Source: Deltaproteobacteria bacterium
Lineage (GTDB): Bacteria; Desulfobacterota; Binatia; HRBIN30; CADEER01
Assembly: GCA_033764095.1 (NCBI GenBank)
Contig: JANRJF010000254.1
Location: 12,338-76,337 of the forward strand
DNA length: 64,000 nucleotides
Direction of reading: 5' to 3'
In this document: positions 21,440-31,594 of the stretch, piece by piece
Position numbering within the stretch: the stretch's first letter is position 1
Layout of the letters: each line of letters starts with the position of its first letter
The notes under the pieces: model-generated
What the model was told of the DNA's origin: nothing
The model's database searches: none
The model's input: only the letters and a program-made list of their open reading frames with translations
Position numbers and translations under genes: made by a program

Positions 21440-22645
21440 TCAGAAGTTCTCGGGGATGGTGATGGTGTCCACCACCGGCCCGCCAGGCAGGTTCACAGTT
21501 GCATCGTAACGGTTGCCGGCCTGCTGCAGGTTCCAGGCAGCGCGCGACACCGTGCCGGTCTCAAGGTAGTGGTACTCTTCGGCGACACCGATCACGCCGC
21601 CGTCGAGGGCGACCGGGCTGATGCGCGTGAAGGCGCTGCCGGTGCCGAGCGTGCCGACCGCGAAGACGCTGTTCTTGCTGCAGAAGCCGGCGGCGCCCTG
21701 GATGCACTGGGCGTCGCTCACGCAGGGGTCGCCGCTCACCGTGCAGGTGCCGGTCGGCGCGTCGATGTCGGCCAGGCGGGTCGTCTCGTAGCACTCAACC
21801 GTGGTGCTGGCGGAGAAGACCTGCTCGAGCTCGTTGACGATCGCGAACTGGACCGTGACCTCGCCCGGGAGCTGGTTCTCGAAGTCCTCCGAGCAGGGCA
21901 CCAGCGTCAGGTAGGTGCGGATCGGGCAGTCGCCGTCGGTGCAGTTCGCCGAGTTGAACTCCTCGACCACCGGGTCGGGCGTGCCGTCGACGAAGTGGTT
22001 CAGGTAGAGCTGGTTCGGGCACGAGTTGTACTCGCCGTCATGTTCCGGCGTGTTGTCGAGCAGGAGCTCGTTGGCCGGGGCGTCGCCGGCCAGATCCGGG
22101 TTGGCCAGGATGGCGATCGCGTTGTGCTTGCTGACGTCGCCCGAGCTGGCGCGAATCACCGTCTCGCCCTTGAGGTTGTTGCCGCCGAACGGCGTGCCCG
22201 AGGCGTCGATCTGGACGCACTTGAGCTCGCCATCGAAGCCCGGCGGAACCGGCGGAATGGCGCCCGGATCGATACCGGCGCCGCCCGTGCCGAACATGTC
22301 GGCCGGGTTCACCGGACGGCCCGCGCTGACCACCCAGTGGGTCGGCTGCTGGCGGGTCAGCCAGATGGTGAAATCGGTGACCTGCCAGAGCGGGTTGCCG
22401 AAGAAGTCGGGCGCGCCGTTCACGTAGAAGCAGTGCGCGTGCACCATGTTATTGCTGGTGTTCGTGACCTGGATGATGGTGTCGCGGCCCAGCCCGCCGA
22501 TGTCATACACCACCTTCGGAAACACCAGCACCGATCCGCTGACGTCCGTCGAAACCTCTGCCCGCGTAACCGAGGCGAACGCCAAGGCGCTCACCAGCAC
22601 TCCGCAGAGGCTCCACACACAGCGCATCCCCAGTGCCTTGCTCAT
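21440..22645 (-). CDS. Secreted Cys-containing protein, uncharacterised paralog family, P2 (type B)
   Basis: GAAAGGAGA RBS, ATG at 22645, and a signal peptide ending VTRA/EV. Close paralog of P5 (VLVFPKVV, DTIIQVTNT, AHCFYVNGA, PLWQVTDF..LTRQQPTHW, GELKCVQ, LTLVPCSEDF, NELEQVFS). Confidence 0.8.
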   Translation of the reverse strand: MSKALGMRCVWSLCGVLVSALAFASVTRAEVSTDVSGSVLVFPKVVYDIGGLGRDTIIQVTNTSNNMVHAHCFYVNGAPDFFGNPLWQVTDFTIWLTRQQPTHWVVSAGRPVNPADMFGTGGAGIDPGAIPPVPPGFDGELKCVQIDASGTPFGGNNLKGETVIRASSGDVSKHNAIAILANPDLAGDAPANELLLDNTPEHDGEYNSCPNQLYLNHFVDGTPDPVVEEFNSANCTDGDCPIRTYLTLVPCSEDFENQLPGEVTVQFAIVNELEQVFSASTTVECYETTRLADIDAPTGTCTVSGDPCVSDAQCIQGAAGFCSKNSVFAVGTLGTGSAFTRISPVALDGGVIGVAEEYHYLETGTVSRAAWNLQQAGNRYDATVNLPGGPVVDTITIPENF

Positions 22646-22803
22646 CACCCGTCTCCTTTCGTGGCGGAGAAGAATCCTCGCTCTCCCATCCCGCCTCTCA
22701 ACCGTGTCCGACTATCTTGAGTGTCGACATTCGCGCAAACACAACGGCAGGCCGTTCTCCGGCCGGTCGAAAGCTGCCTCCAGTTACTTGAGACCCCTTC
22801 AGT

Positions 22804-22822
22804 TGTCAAGCGGAAAAGGGTG
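22804..22822 (-). promoter_or_regulatory. Conserved upstream motif with -35-like TTGACA, shared with the P3-P6 locus
   Basis: The minus strand reads cacccttttccgcttgaca. The 16-mer cccttttccgcttgac is identical to 45465-45480 upstream of P3. It lies about 155 nt upstream of the P2 start. Confidence 0.45.
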
Positions 22823-22839
22823 ATATCTGTTGCAAACTT

Positions 22840-22867
22840 GCGCGCGCCGGAGCGGGCGCGCGCTTTT
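22840..22867 (+). other. Orphan terminator-like GC hairpin plus T4 in a divergent intergenic region
   Basis: gcgcgcgcc (22840-22848), a 6-nt loop, ggcgcgcgc (22855-22863), then tttt. No plus-strand gene lies upstream. It sits 150 nt before the FG-GAP gene start. Confidence 0.4.
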
Positions 22868-23014
22868 GGTGCACGGGGGTGGCGAAGCGCTCCGATTCCT
22901 TGACCCTCGAAGCCGCCCTCTGGTAAGCGGACCGATCATTTTTTTGCCGGCCACGCCGCGGCTGAGCCGAATAAAGGGCTCGAATCGCAGTCTGAGCCAC
23001 GGGAGGTTTTCTAG

Positions 23015-24397
23015 ATGAGGGTGCGTATTGGGTTGGTGTGTGGTCTGGGATTGGCGGTGGCCGGGCTGAGCGGCTGCGGCATGTTCGCGAAGAAGCCGGC
23101 GGCGCCGGAGAACGCGGCGCAGAAGGGGCTGGCGGCGGCCGCGGCGGCCAGCAAGCCGGCGCCGATGGGCTACACGCTGGCGAACAACGGTTTGCCGCAG
23201 GGCATCATCTGGAAGAGCCAGATGGCGCTCGGCGACGTGAACGCCGACGGCTTTCCCGACATCGGCGTGATCTCCCGACTGGCCGACGGGCCGTGGATCT
23301 TCGTCGGCGACGGCAAGGGCAACTGGACCCCGTTCGCCAACGGCCTGCCGCGCGAGCCGTTCTGCGGCGGCGGCATGGACTTCATGGACGTCAACAAGGA
23401 CGGGATCATGGACGCGGCGATCTCCGACCACTGCAAGGGGGTCTTCGTCTTCCTCGGCGACGGCAAGGGCAACTGGCGCACCGCATCGTCCGGCCTGCCG
23501 ACGATCGGCTCCGAGGACGTCGCGCTGGGCGACTTCAACAATGACGGCTGCCCCGACCTGGCGTCGGTGGCGGCGGCGGAAGAGGGCGTGCGCGCCTTCA
23601 CCGGCAACTGCAAGGGCGTCTGGAAGGAGAGCTCGAAGGGTCTGGCGCTGACCGATTGGGGCAACGCGGTCGAGCTCAAGGACGTCAATGCCGACGGGAA
23701 TCTCGACGTCATCGCCGCCTACGCGGCCGGCCCGCGCGTCTGGCTGGGCGATGGCAAGGGCGGCTGGACCGAGGCGTCGCAGGGGCTGCCGGCACCGCAG
23801 ATCCACGGACTGTACTGGGGCCTCGATGTCGGTGACCTGAACGGCGACGGCAAGCTCGACATCGTCTCCGGCTCGCAGATGCCGCCTTTGCCCGAGGGCT
23901 GCGGCGCGCCCGGCGCGCCGACCTGCGCCGGCGGCGGCGTCGAGGCATTCCTGCAGCAGCCGGACGGCTCGTGGCAGTTCGCCAACGCCGGCTTCCTGCC
24001 GATGAACTCGCTCGGCGTCGCCATCGGCGACCTGAACAACGACGGCAAGCCGGACGTCACCGCGGTCGGCAAGCGCGCGCTCGACGAGATCGGCGGCGTC
24101 TACGGCGTCTATACCTATCTGGGCGACGGCAAGGGCAACTGGCAGCCGGTGATCCCCGAGGGCCTGCCGCAGACCGGCAAGGAACGGAGCTGGGGCGTCG
24201 GTATCGCCGACATCAACCGCGACGGCATGAACGATATCGCGGTCGCCTTCGGCGATGTCGTGTCCCCCACCTGGCGTTCGGGCGCCAAGGGCAAGGACAA
24301 GGAAGCCAAGGAAGCCGAGGCGAAGGCGCCAGCCGCGCCGACGCGCGGCAAGTTCGGCGAGATCGGCGTCTGGTTCGGCAAGCCGACGCCGCGCTGA
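23015..24397 (+). CDS. FG-GAP/VCBS-repeat lipoprotein (predicted 7-blade beta-propeller)
   Basis: Lipobox LSGC at the N-terminus. Seven DxNxDGxxD Ca-loop repeats (DVNADGFPD, DVNKDGIMD, DFNNDGCPD, DVNADGNLD, DLNGDGKLD, DLNNDGKPD, DINRDGMND), each followed by a GDGKGNW-type strand. Lys/Ala/Glu-rich tail. Confidence 0.85.
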   Translation: MRVRIGLVCGLGLAVAGLSGCGMFAKKPAAPENAAQKGLAAAAAASKPAPMGYTLANNGLPQGIIWKSQMALGDVNADGFPDIGVISRLADGPWIFVGDGKGNWTPFANGLPREPFCGGGMDFMDVNKDGIMDAAISDHCKGVFVFLGDGKGNWRTASSGLPTIGSEDVALGDFNNDGCPDLASVAAAEEGVRAFTGNCKGVWKESSKGLALTDWGNAVELKDVNADGNLDVIAAYAAGPRVWLGDGKGGWTEASQGLPAPQIHGLYWGLDVGDLNGDGKLDIVSGSQMPPLPEGCGAPGAPTCAGGGVEAFLQQPDGSWQFANAGFLPMNSLGVAIGDLNNDGKPDVTAVGKRALDEIGGVYGVYTYLGDGKGNWQPVIPEGLPQTGKERSWGVGIADINRDGMNDIAVAFGDVVSPTWRSGAKGKDKEAKEAEAKAPAAPTRGKFGEIGVWFGKPTPR

Positions 24398-24500
24398 CCC
24401 AGTTTCGCGGGCCGTCCGTCCGCCGCTCGGCGGGCGGACGGCCCATCCCAACGCGGCGCCCCGCGTTGATTCCCCTCCGGCGAGCGACGATGATGCCGGA

Positions 24501-26240
24501 GTGAGACGCCTCGCCGGCTACCTGCGCCGCTATCGGGCGCGCTATGCCGCCGGCGGCGCCTGTCTGTTGCTCACCGCCACGCTCGCCATGGCGGTGCCCT
24601 ACCTGCTCAAACGCGCCGTCGACGCGATCGAGCGCGGCGCGCCGTTCGCCACCGTGGCGCAGTTCGCGCTGGCGATCGTCGCGATCGCCGTCGTCCAATC
24701 GGTGGTGCGCACCTTGTCGCGGGCCCTGATCTTCAACGTCGGGCGCGACGTCGAGCACGATCTGCGCGGCGACCTCTTCGCCCACCTCGAGCGGCTGCCG
24801 GTGGCCTACTACCAGCAGCAGCAGACCGGCGACCTGATGTCGCGCCTGATCAACGACGTCACCGCCATCCGGATGCTGCTCGGCGTCGGCGTCCTCAACC
24901 TGGTCAACACCCCCATCTACTACGTGTACGGCGTCGGCATCATGCTGACGATCGATCCGGTGCTGACGCTGATGGCCCTGCTGCCGTTCCCCATCCTGCT
25001 GTGGGTGGTGAAGCGCGTCAGCCGCACCTTGATGGAGCAGACGCTGCGCGTGCAGGAAGGCCTGGCGGCACTCAGCAGCGCGGTGCAGGAGAACATCAGC
25101 GGCATCCACGTGGTGAAGGCCTACGACGCCGAGACCGTTGCGGTGCAACGCTTCGCCCAGCTCAACGACGAGTTCAGCCGGCAGAACGTCGCGCTCGCCA
25201 AGGTGCGCGGCCGGCTGATGCCGCTGATGCGCCTCGCCGCCGGCTTCGGCACGCTGATGGTGCTGTGGGTGGGCGGCTGGCAGGTGATCGCCGGGCGCAT
25301 CGGCCTCGGCGACCTGGTCGCCTTCATGGGCTACCTCAACCTGCTCGCCTGGCCGACCATGGCGCTCGGCTGGATGCTGTCGATCCTGCAGCGTGGCCGT
25401 GCCGCGTTGCTGCGCCTCGAGCACATCTTCGCCACCGAGCCGGCGATTGCCGACCCGCCCGACGCGATGCCGCTGCCGGCGGTCGCCGGCCGCGTCGAGT
25501 TCCGCAACGTGTCGTTCGCCTATCCCGGGCGCGGCAACGGGCACCCGGTGGTGTCCAATGTCTCGTTCACGCTCGAGCCCGGCGAGAAGCTCGCCATCGT
25601 CGGGCGCACCGGCGCCGGCAAGAGCTCGCTGGTGCAACTGCTGCCGCGCCTGTTCGACGTCAGCGAGGGCGCCGTGCTGCTCGACGGCCGCGACGTCCGC
25701 ACGCTGCCGCTGGCGCAACTGCGCGGCGCGATCGGCTTCGTGCCGCAGGATCCGTTCCTGTTCTCCACCCGCATCCGCGACAACGTCGCCTTCGCGCTCG
25801 ACGCGCCCGACGAGGCGGCGGTGCGCCGCGCCGCCGCGGTCGCCGGCGTGGCCGACGACATCGAGGCGTTTCCGCGCGGCTACGACACCGTCGTCGGCGA
25901 GCGCGGCATCACGCTGTCGGGCGGCCAGAAGCAGCGCCTGACGTTGGCGCGCGCGGTGGCGCCGGCGCCGCGGGTATTGGTGCTCGACGACGCGCTGTCG
26001 TCGGTCGACACGCGCACCGAGCACGCCATCCTGCAGGGGCTGCGCGAGGTGATGGCGGGCAAGACCAGCATCGTCATCGCGCACCGCGTCTCGACCATCA
26101 TGGACGCCGACCACATCGCGGTGCTCGACGGCGGGCGCATCGTCGAGCTCGGTGACCACGCGGCGCTGCTGGCGCGCGATGGGCTGTACGCCGACCTCTA
26201 CCGCCAGCAGCAGCTCGAAGACGAGATCGAGACGCTGTGA
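24501..26240 (+). CDS. ABC exporter, fused permease/ATPase (MdlA/MsbA-like half-transporter)
   Basis: Six-TM ABC_membrane region, Walker A GRTGAGKSS, signature LSGGQKQR, Walker B VLVLDDA. GTG start is the only in-frame start before the first TM helix. Confidence 0.85.
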   Translation: MRRLAGYLRRYRARYAAGGACLLLTATLAMAVPYLLKRAVDAIERGAPFATVAQFALAIVAIAVVQSVVRTLSRALIFNVGRDVEHDLRGDLFAHLERLPVAYYQQQQTGDLMSRLINDVTAIRMLLGVGVLNLVNTPIYYVYGVGIMLTIDPVLTLMALLPFPILLWVVKRVSRTLMEQTLRVQEGLAALSSAVQENISGIHVVKAYDAETVAVQRFAQLNDEFSRQNVALAKVRGRLMPLMRLAAGFGTLMVLWVGGWQVIAGRIGLGDLVAFMGYLNLLAWPTMALGWMLSILQRGRAALLRLEHIFATEPAIADPPDAMPLPAVAGRVEFRNVSFAYPGRGNGHPVVSNVSFTLEPGEKLAIVGRTGAGKSSLVQLLPRLFDVSEGAVLLDGRDVRTLPLAQLRGAIGFVPQDPFLFSTRIRDNVAFALDAPDEAAVRRAAAVAGVADDIEAFPRGYDTVVGERGITLSGGQKQRLTLARAVAPAPRVLVLDDALSSVDTRTEHAILQGLREVMAGKTSIVIAHRVSTIMDADHIAVLDGGRIVELGDHAALLARDGLYADLYRQQQLEDEIETL

Positions 26241-28054
26241 GCACCACCGACGAGCAGCGCGAGGCCGACCTCGGCAAGGCCTACGACGCGCGCCTGATGC
26301 GCCGGCTGTGGGTGTACATCCGCCCGTGGCGCGGCTGGTTCTGGGCCGCCATGCTGTGCCTGCCGCTCACCTCGCTGTGCTCGCTGGCGCAGCCCTACCT
26401 GCTCAAGGTCGCGATCGACACCTACATCGCACAGGGCGACCGCGCCGGCCTGCTGCGCGTCGGCGGGCTGTACGGCCTGGCGATGATGGTCGAGTTCGGC
26501 TTCCTCTACCTGCAGTACACGCTGATGATGCTGGTCGCGCAGCGCAGCCTGGCGGCGCTGCGGCTCGACCTGGTGGCACACCTGCAGCAGCTGCCGGCGC
26601 GCTTCTTCGACCGCAATCCGGTCGGCCGCCTGGTGACGCGGCTGACCACCGACGTCGACGTGATCAACGAGATGTTCGCCGCCGGCGCGCTGACCATCCT
26701 GATGGACGTCGCGACGCTGTTCGGCATCGTCGGCATCATGCTGGTGATCGACTGGCGGCTGGCGCTGGTGACGCTGGCGGTCGCGCCCGTGGTCGGCGTC
26801 GCGGTGAACTACTTCCGTATCAAGGCGCGCCACACCTATCGCGAGATCCGCGACCGCCTGGCGCGGCTCAACGCCTACCTGCAGGAGTCGCTGGCGGGCA
26901 TGACGGTCGTGCAACTGTTCGCCCGCGAGCGGCAGAGCCAGGCGCGCTTCGACGCGCTCAACGGCGACTTCCGCAACGCCAACCATGCCGCCAACATCTA
27001 CGAGGCGGCGCTGTTCTCGATCATCGAGGCGGTGAGCTCGATCACCATGGCGGTGATCATCTGGTTCGGCGGCTACGAGATCCTCGCCGGCGCGCTCGCC
27101 TTCGGCACCCTGGTCGCCTTCATCGAGTACATGCAGCGCTTCTTCGTGCCGATCCGCGACTTCTCGACCAAGTACGCGGTCATGCAGTCGGCAATGTCGT
27201 CGGCCGAGCGCATCTTCGAGCTGCTCGACCAGCCGGTGCCGATCGCCAGCCCGGCCGCCCCGCGTCGGCCCGAGGCGGTACGCGGCGGCATCGAGTTCGA
27301 GCACGTGTGGTTCGCCTATCAGGGCGAGGACTGGGTGTTGCGCGACGTCTCCTTCCGCATCGCGCCGGGTGAGAAGGTGGCGCTGGTCGGCCACACCGGC
27401 TCGGGCAAGACGACGATCATCAAGCTGCTCAACCGCACCTACGACGTGGCGCGCGGCCGCGTGCTGATCGACGGCGTCGACGTGCGCGAGTGGGACCTCG
27501 CTGCGCTGCGCCGCCACATCGGCGTGGTCTTGCAGGACGTCTTCCTGTTCAGCGGCTCGGTGGCCAGCAATCTGACCCTCGACCGCGCCGGCGTCGAGCG
27601 CGACGCCGCCGTCGCCGCGGCGGTGACCGTGCACGCCGACCCGTTCATCCGCCGCCTGCCGCGCGCCTACGACGAGCCGGTTCGCGAGCGTGGCAACAAC
27701 CTCTCGGTCGGCCAGCGCCAGCTGCTGTCGTTCGCCCGCGCCCTCGCCTACCAGCCGACCATTCTGGTGCTCGACGAGGCGACCTCCAGCGTCGACACCG
27801 AGACCGAGATGCTGATTCAGGACGCCCTGCGCCACCTGCTCGCCGGACGCACCGCGCTGGTCGTCGCGCACCGCCTGTCGACCATCGAGCACGCCGACCG
27901 CATCATGGTGCTGCACGCCGGCGAGCTGCGCGAGAGCGGCACGCACGCCGAGCTGCTGGCGCGGCGCGGGCTCTACTACCGCCTGTACCAGCTGCAGTAC
28001 GCGGCCCGCGCCGGGGCGGCGGCGAGCGCGCCGCGGCCGGCCGCCGCCTCATGA
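26237..28054 (+). CDS. ABC exporter, fused permease/ATPase (MdlB-like partner)
   Basis: Walker A GHTGSGKTT, signature LSVGQRQL, Walker B ILVLDEAT. 4-nt overlap with the preceding half-transporter suggests a heterodimer. Confidence 0.85.
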   Translation: MSTTDEQREADLGKAYDARLMRRLWVYIRPWRGWFWAAMLCLPLTSLCSLAQPYLLKVAIDTYIAQGDRAGLLRVGGLYGLAMMVEFGFLYLQYTLMMLVAQRSLAALRLDLVAHLQQLPARFFDRNPVGRLVTRLTTDVDVINEMFAAGALTILMDVATLFGIVGIMLVIDWRLALVTLAVAPVVGVAVNYFRIKARHTYREIRDRLARLNAYLQESLAGMTVVQLFARERQSQARFDALNGDFRNANHAANIYEAALFSIIEAVSSITMAVIIWFGGYEILAGALAFGTLVAFIEYMQRFFVPIRDFSTKYAVMQSAMSSAERIFELLDQPVPIASPAAPRRPEAVRGGIEFEHVWFAYQGEDWVLRDVSFRIAPGEKVALVGHTGSGKTTIIKLLNRTYDVARGRVLIDGVDVREWDLAALRRHIGVVLQDVFLFSGSVASNLTLDRAGVERDAAVAAAVTVHADPFIRRLPRAYDEPVRERGNNLSVGQRQLLSFARALAYQPTILVLDEATSSVDTETEMLIQDALRHLLAGRTALVVAHRLSTIEHADRIMVLHAGELRESGTHAELLARRGLYYRLYQLQYAARAGAAASAPRPAAAS

Positions 28055-29274
28055 GCGGCGGCGAGCGCCGCCTGGCGCTCGCGCTGTTGGTCGGCCTGTC
28101 GCTCGCCGTGTCCGGCTGCGCCACCGGCTACGTGCTGCGTGCCGCCTACGAGGAGGCCGGATTGCTCTGGCGGCGCGAGCCGATCACCGAGGTGTTGCAG
28201 GACGCGACGCTCGATCCAGCCAGCCGCGAGAAGCTCGAGCTGGTGCTGGCGGCGCGCGCCTTCGCCGCCGAGCAGCTCGGACTGAACGCCGGCGGCAGCT
28301 ACACGACGTTTGCGCTCGTCGACGGCAACCAGGTCATCCACGTCGTCAGCGCCGCGCCGCGCGAGAAGCTGGTGCCGATCACCTGGTGGTTTCCGATCGT
28401 CGGCGACGTGCCCTACCGAGGCTACTTCGATCGTGCCGACGCCGAGGCGCTCGCCGCCGAGCTGCGCAGCGAGGGCAACGACACGCTGGTGCGGCCGGCG
28501 ATCGCCTTCAGCACGCTCGGCTGGTTCGACGATCCGCTGCCGTCGTCGCTGCTACGCCAGGACCAGGCGCGGCTGGCCGAGACGGTGATCCACGAGCTGA
28601 CCCACAACACGCTCTACGTGCCCAACCAGGCGGCCTTCAACGAATCGTTCGCCACCTACGTCGGCCTGCGCGGTGCCGAGGCCTTCTTCACCGCGCGCGG
28701 CGACGCGACCCGTGCCGCGCTCTGTGCCGCGCGCACCGCCGACGCGCTGACCTTCTCGGCCTTCCTCGCCGGCGCGTTGGCGCGGCTCGACGCGGCGTAT
28801 GCGCAACCGATCGACGAGCCGGCGCGTCAACAGCTGTTCGTCGAGCTGCAGCGCGACGCGGCGGGCCGGCAGTGGCTGACCAACGAGTACGCGGCGTTCT
28901 GGCGCCAGCCGCTGAACAACGCGATCATCCTGCAGGACCGCGTCTATGCGGATCGACTGGCGGTGTTCGAGGACGCCTATGCGGCGCGCGCCGGTGATCT
29001 GCGCGAACTGATCGCGGCGGTCGTCGCGGCGCGCGGCTTCGCGCTGCCGCCGGCTCAGGGCTCGATGGCGTCGAGCCGCCGCAGCCCCACCCGCACCGAG
29101 ACGATGAGCACCGCCGCGACCAACGCCAGTACGGCGCCGAACGAGAGCGCCACCGAGGTCCACACCGCCGGCGTGATCGGCGCGCCGCGGAAGCGGCTGT
29201 TGAACACCTCGTACATCGGCCAGGCCTCGAACATGACCACCAGGCCGATGAACGACAGGCACAGCACCATGTAG
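28051..29274 (+). CDS. Lipoprotein zinc aminopeptidase-like protein (DUF2265-type)
   Basis: Lipobox AVSGC and HExxH (VIHELTHN), with the layout of the predicted-aminopeptidase family. The last 70 or so codons overlap the convergent permease gene and look non-native (see findings). Confidence 0.65.
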   Translation: MSGGERRLALALLVGLSLAVSGCATGYVLRAAYEEAGLLWRREPITEVLQDATLDPASREKLELVLAARAFAAEQLGLNAGGSYTTFALVDGNQVIHVVSAAPREKLVPITWWFPIVGDVPYRGYFDRADAEALAAELRSEGNDTLVRPAIAFSTLGWFDDPLPSSLLRQDQARLAETVIHELTHNTLYVPNQAAFNESFATYVGLRGAEAFFTARGDATRAALCAARTADALTFSAFLAGALARLDAAYAQPIDEPARQQLFVELQRDAAGRQWLTNEYAAFWRQPLNNAIILQDRVYADRLAVFEDAYAARAGDLRELIAAVVAARGFALPPAQGSMASSRRSPTRTETMSTAATNASTAPNESATEVHTAGVIGAPRKRLLNTSYIGQASNMTTRPMNDRHSTM

Positions 29275-30824
29275 ACCAGGCCGCCGGCGCTGGCCGCGAC
29301 CTTCGCGGCATTGTCGGCGTCGAGGTTCGGGTAGGTGGCGCCGACCGCGAGGGCGAGCGCGACGATCGCGAACACCATGCCGGCCAACGTCGCCGCCGAC
29401 AGCCACATCATGAACGGCATGACCTGCAGATAGGTGTTGGTCGCCAAGACCAGGATCTCGCCGAAGACCAGCAGCGGCAGCGCGCCGACCCAGAACTTCG
29501 CCCACCACAGCCGCCGCGCCGGCAGCGGCGCGCCCTTCACCAGCCACAGCGCGCGGCCTTCCATGCTGAACGATGGGAAGACGAAGCGCGCCGCCACCGA
29601 GGCGATGACGAACGCGGCGAGCGCGAGGTTGAGGAAGGCGATGACGTTCTTGAAGTAAAAGGTCACCAGCGGGCTGCCGTGCAGCGGCAGCACGCTGAAG
29701 TTGTAGACGTACACCACCACCAGCGCGCCGAGCAGGATCAGTTGCGACCACTGGCTGGTGTCGCGGAAGAAGGTCTTCACCTCCTTGGTGATGAGGATGC
29801 GGGTCTGACGCGAGAACGGCGTGGTGAGCAGTCCGAGCCCGCGCTCCCACAACGCGCGCTGCGTGAAGCGCGCCTGGCGTCCCTCCTGCGCCTTGGTCCA
29901 ACCACGCAGATAGAGGCGCGTCACCACCGCCTCGCAGGCCATCACCGCCACCGCAGCGGTGCTGGCCAGCAGCGCGTAGTAGAAGAGCGGGCTGCCCTCG
30001 CGTCCGCCGAGCAGCGGGAACAACACCTCGGTCGCCCAGGTGCTGGGCAGGAAGCTCGCGTCGGGCGTGCGCATCGCGGCGAGAAACGCGCCGAAATCCG
30101 CGAAGCCTTCCGGGTTGACCAGGCGCTCCGGTCGCACCAGGCGGAAGAGCAGGTAGAGCAGCGCCACCGCCACCACCGACAGCAGCACCAGGATGTCCTT
30201 GGTGCGGCGCGCCGGGAAGACGTTGACCAGCACGGTGGTGGTCATGACGCCGAGCGACGCCGGAATCAGCACGAACGGCGGCAACACCAGCGCCGTGGCG
30301 AGATAGAAGATCGGCCCGCTCCCGTGCACGACGCCGTAGGCGAGAAAGGCGGGCAGCGCGAAGACCAGCAGCATCCACGACGAGTCGATCACCGTCTCGG
30401 CAAGGCGCGCGTGGAACAGGCGGCGCAGCGGGATGGGCGCGGCGACCAGTCGGTCGAGCTCGCGCGACAGGAAGAAGGTCGAGAGCGCGGCGACGATATT
30501 GGAGAACAGCAGGATCGAGAAGAAGGTGACGAACACCATGCCGAGCAGCTTGTAGGTGAGCACCGGACCGAACTCCGGTACGCTCAGGAAGTAGCTGAGC
30601 GCGCGATGGAAGAAGCCGAAGATGGCGCCGCCGAAGGCGAGCGCCAGCAGCGCGAAGCCGCCGAGCCGCCAGCGACCCTGGCGCGACAGCCGCCGCCAGC
30701 GGTTGCGTGCCGCCATGCGGCGCGGTCCGAGCAGCAGGCGCATGGTGCCGAGCGGATGCTCGGCCGGCGGCCGCTCGACCGCGGCGCCGAGGTCGAGCAG
30801 GCGGGAGGCGCTGCCGTTCGCCAT
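29055..30824 (-). CDS. Multi-pass ABC-exporter permease (putative ABC-2-like membrane component)
   Basis: 589 aa from MANGSAS with about 12 hydrophobic segments. Start lies 5 nt downstream of the stop of the ATPase gene on the same strand. Confidence 0.65.
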   Translation of the reverse strand: MANGSASRLLDLGAAVERPPAEHPLGTMRLLLGPRRMAARNRWRRLSRQGRWRLGGFALLALAFGGAIFGFFHRALSYFLSVPEFGPVLTYKLLGMVFVTFFSILLFSNIVAALSTFFLSRELDRLVAAPIPLRRLFHARLAETVIDSSWMLLVFALPAFLAYGVVHGSGPIFYLATALVLPPFVLIPASLGVMTTTVLVNVFPARRTKDILVLLSVVAVALLYLLFRLVRPERLVNPEGFADFGAFLAAMRTPDASFLPSTWATEVLFPLLGGREGSPLFYYALLASTAAVAVMACEAVVTRLYLRGWTKAQEGRQARFTQRALWERGLGLLTTPFSRQTRILITKEVKTFFRDTSQWSQLILLGALVVVYVYNFSVLPLHGSPLVTFYFKNVIAFLNLALAAFVIASVAARFVFPSFSMEGRALWLVKGAPLPARRLWWAKFWVGALPLLVFGEILVLATNTYLQVMPFMMWLSAATLAGMVFAIVALALAVGATYPNLDADNAAKVAASAGGLVYMVLCLSFIGLVVMFEAWPMYEVFNSRFRGAPITPAVWTSVALSFGAVLALVAAVLIVSVRVGLRRLDAIEP

Positions 30825-30829
30825 CGCGC

Positions 30830-31594
<765 letters not shown>

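Noticed and set aside
22806-23000. 64-aa minus-strand ORF and other short ORFs in the P2 / FG-GAP intergenic region.
   Set aside because: No RBS and a basic low-complexity sequence. The region is better explained by divergent promoters, the conserved motif and the hairpin.
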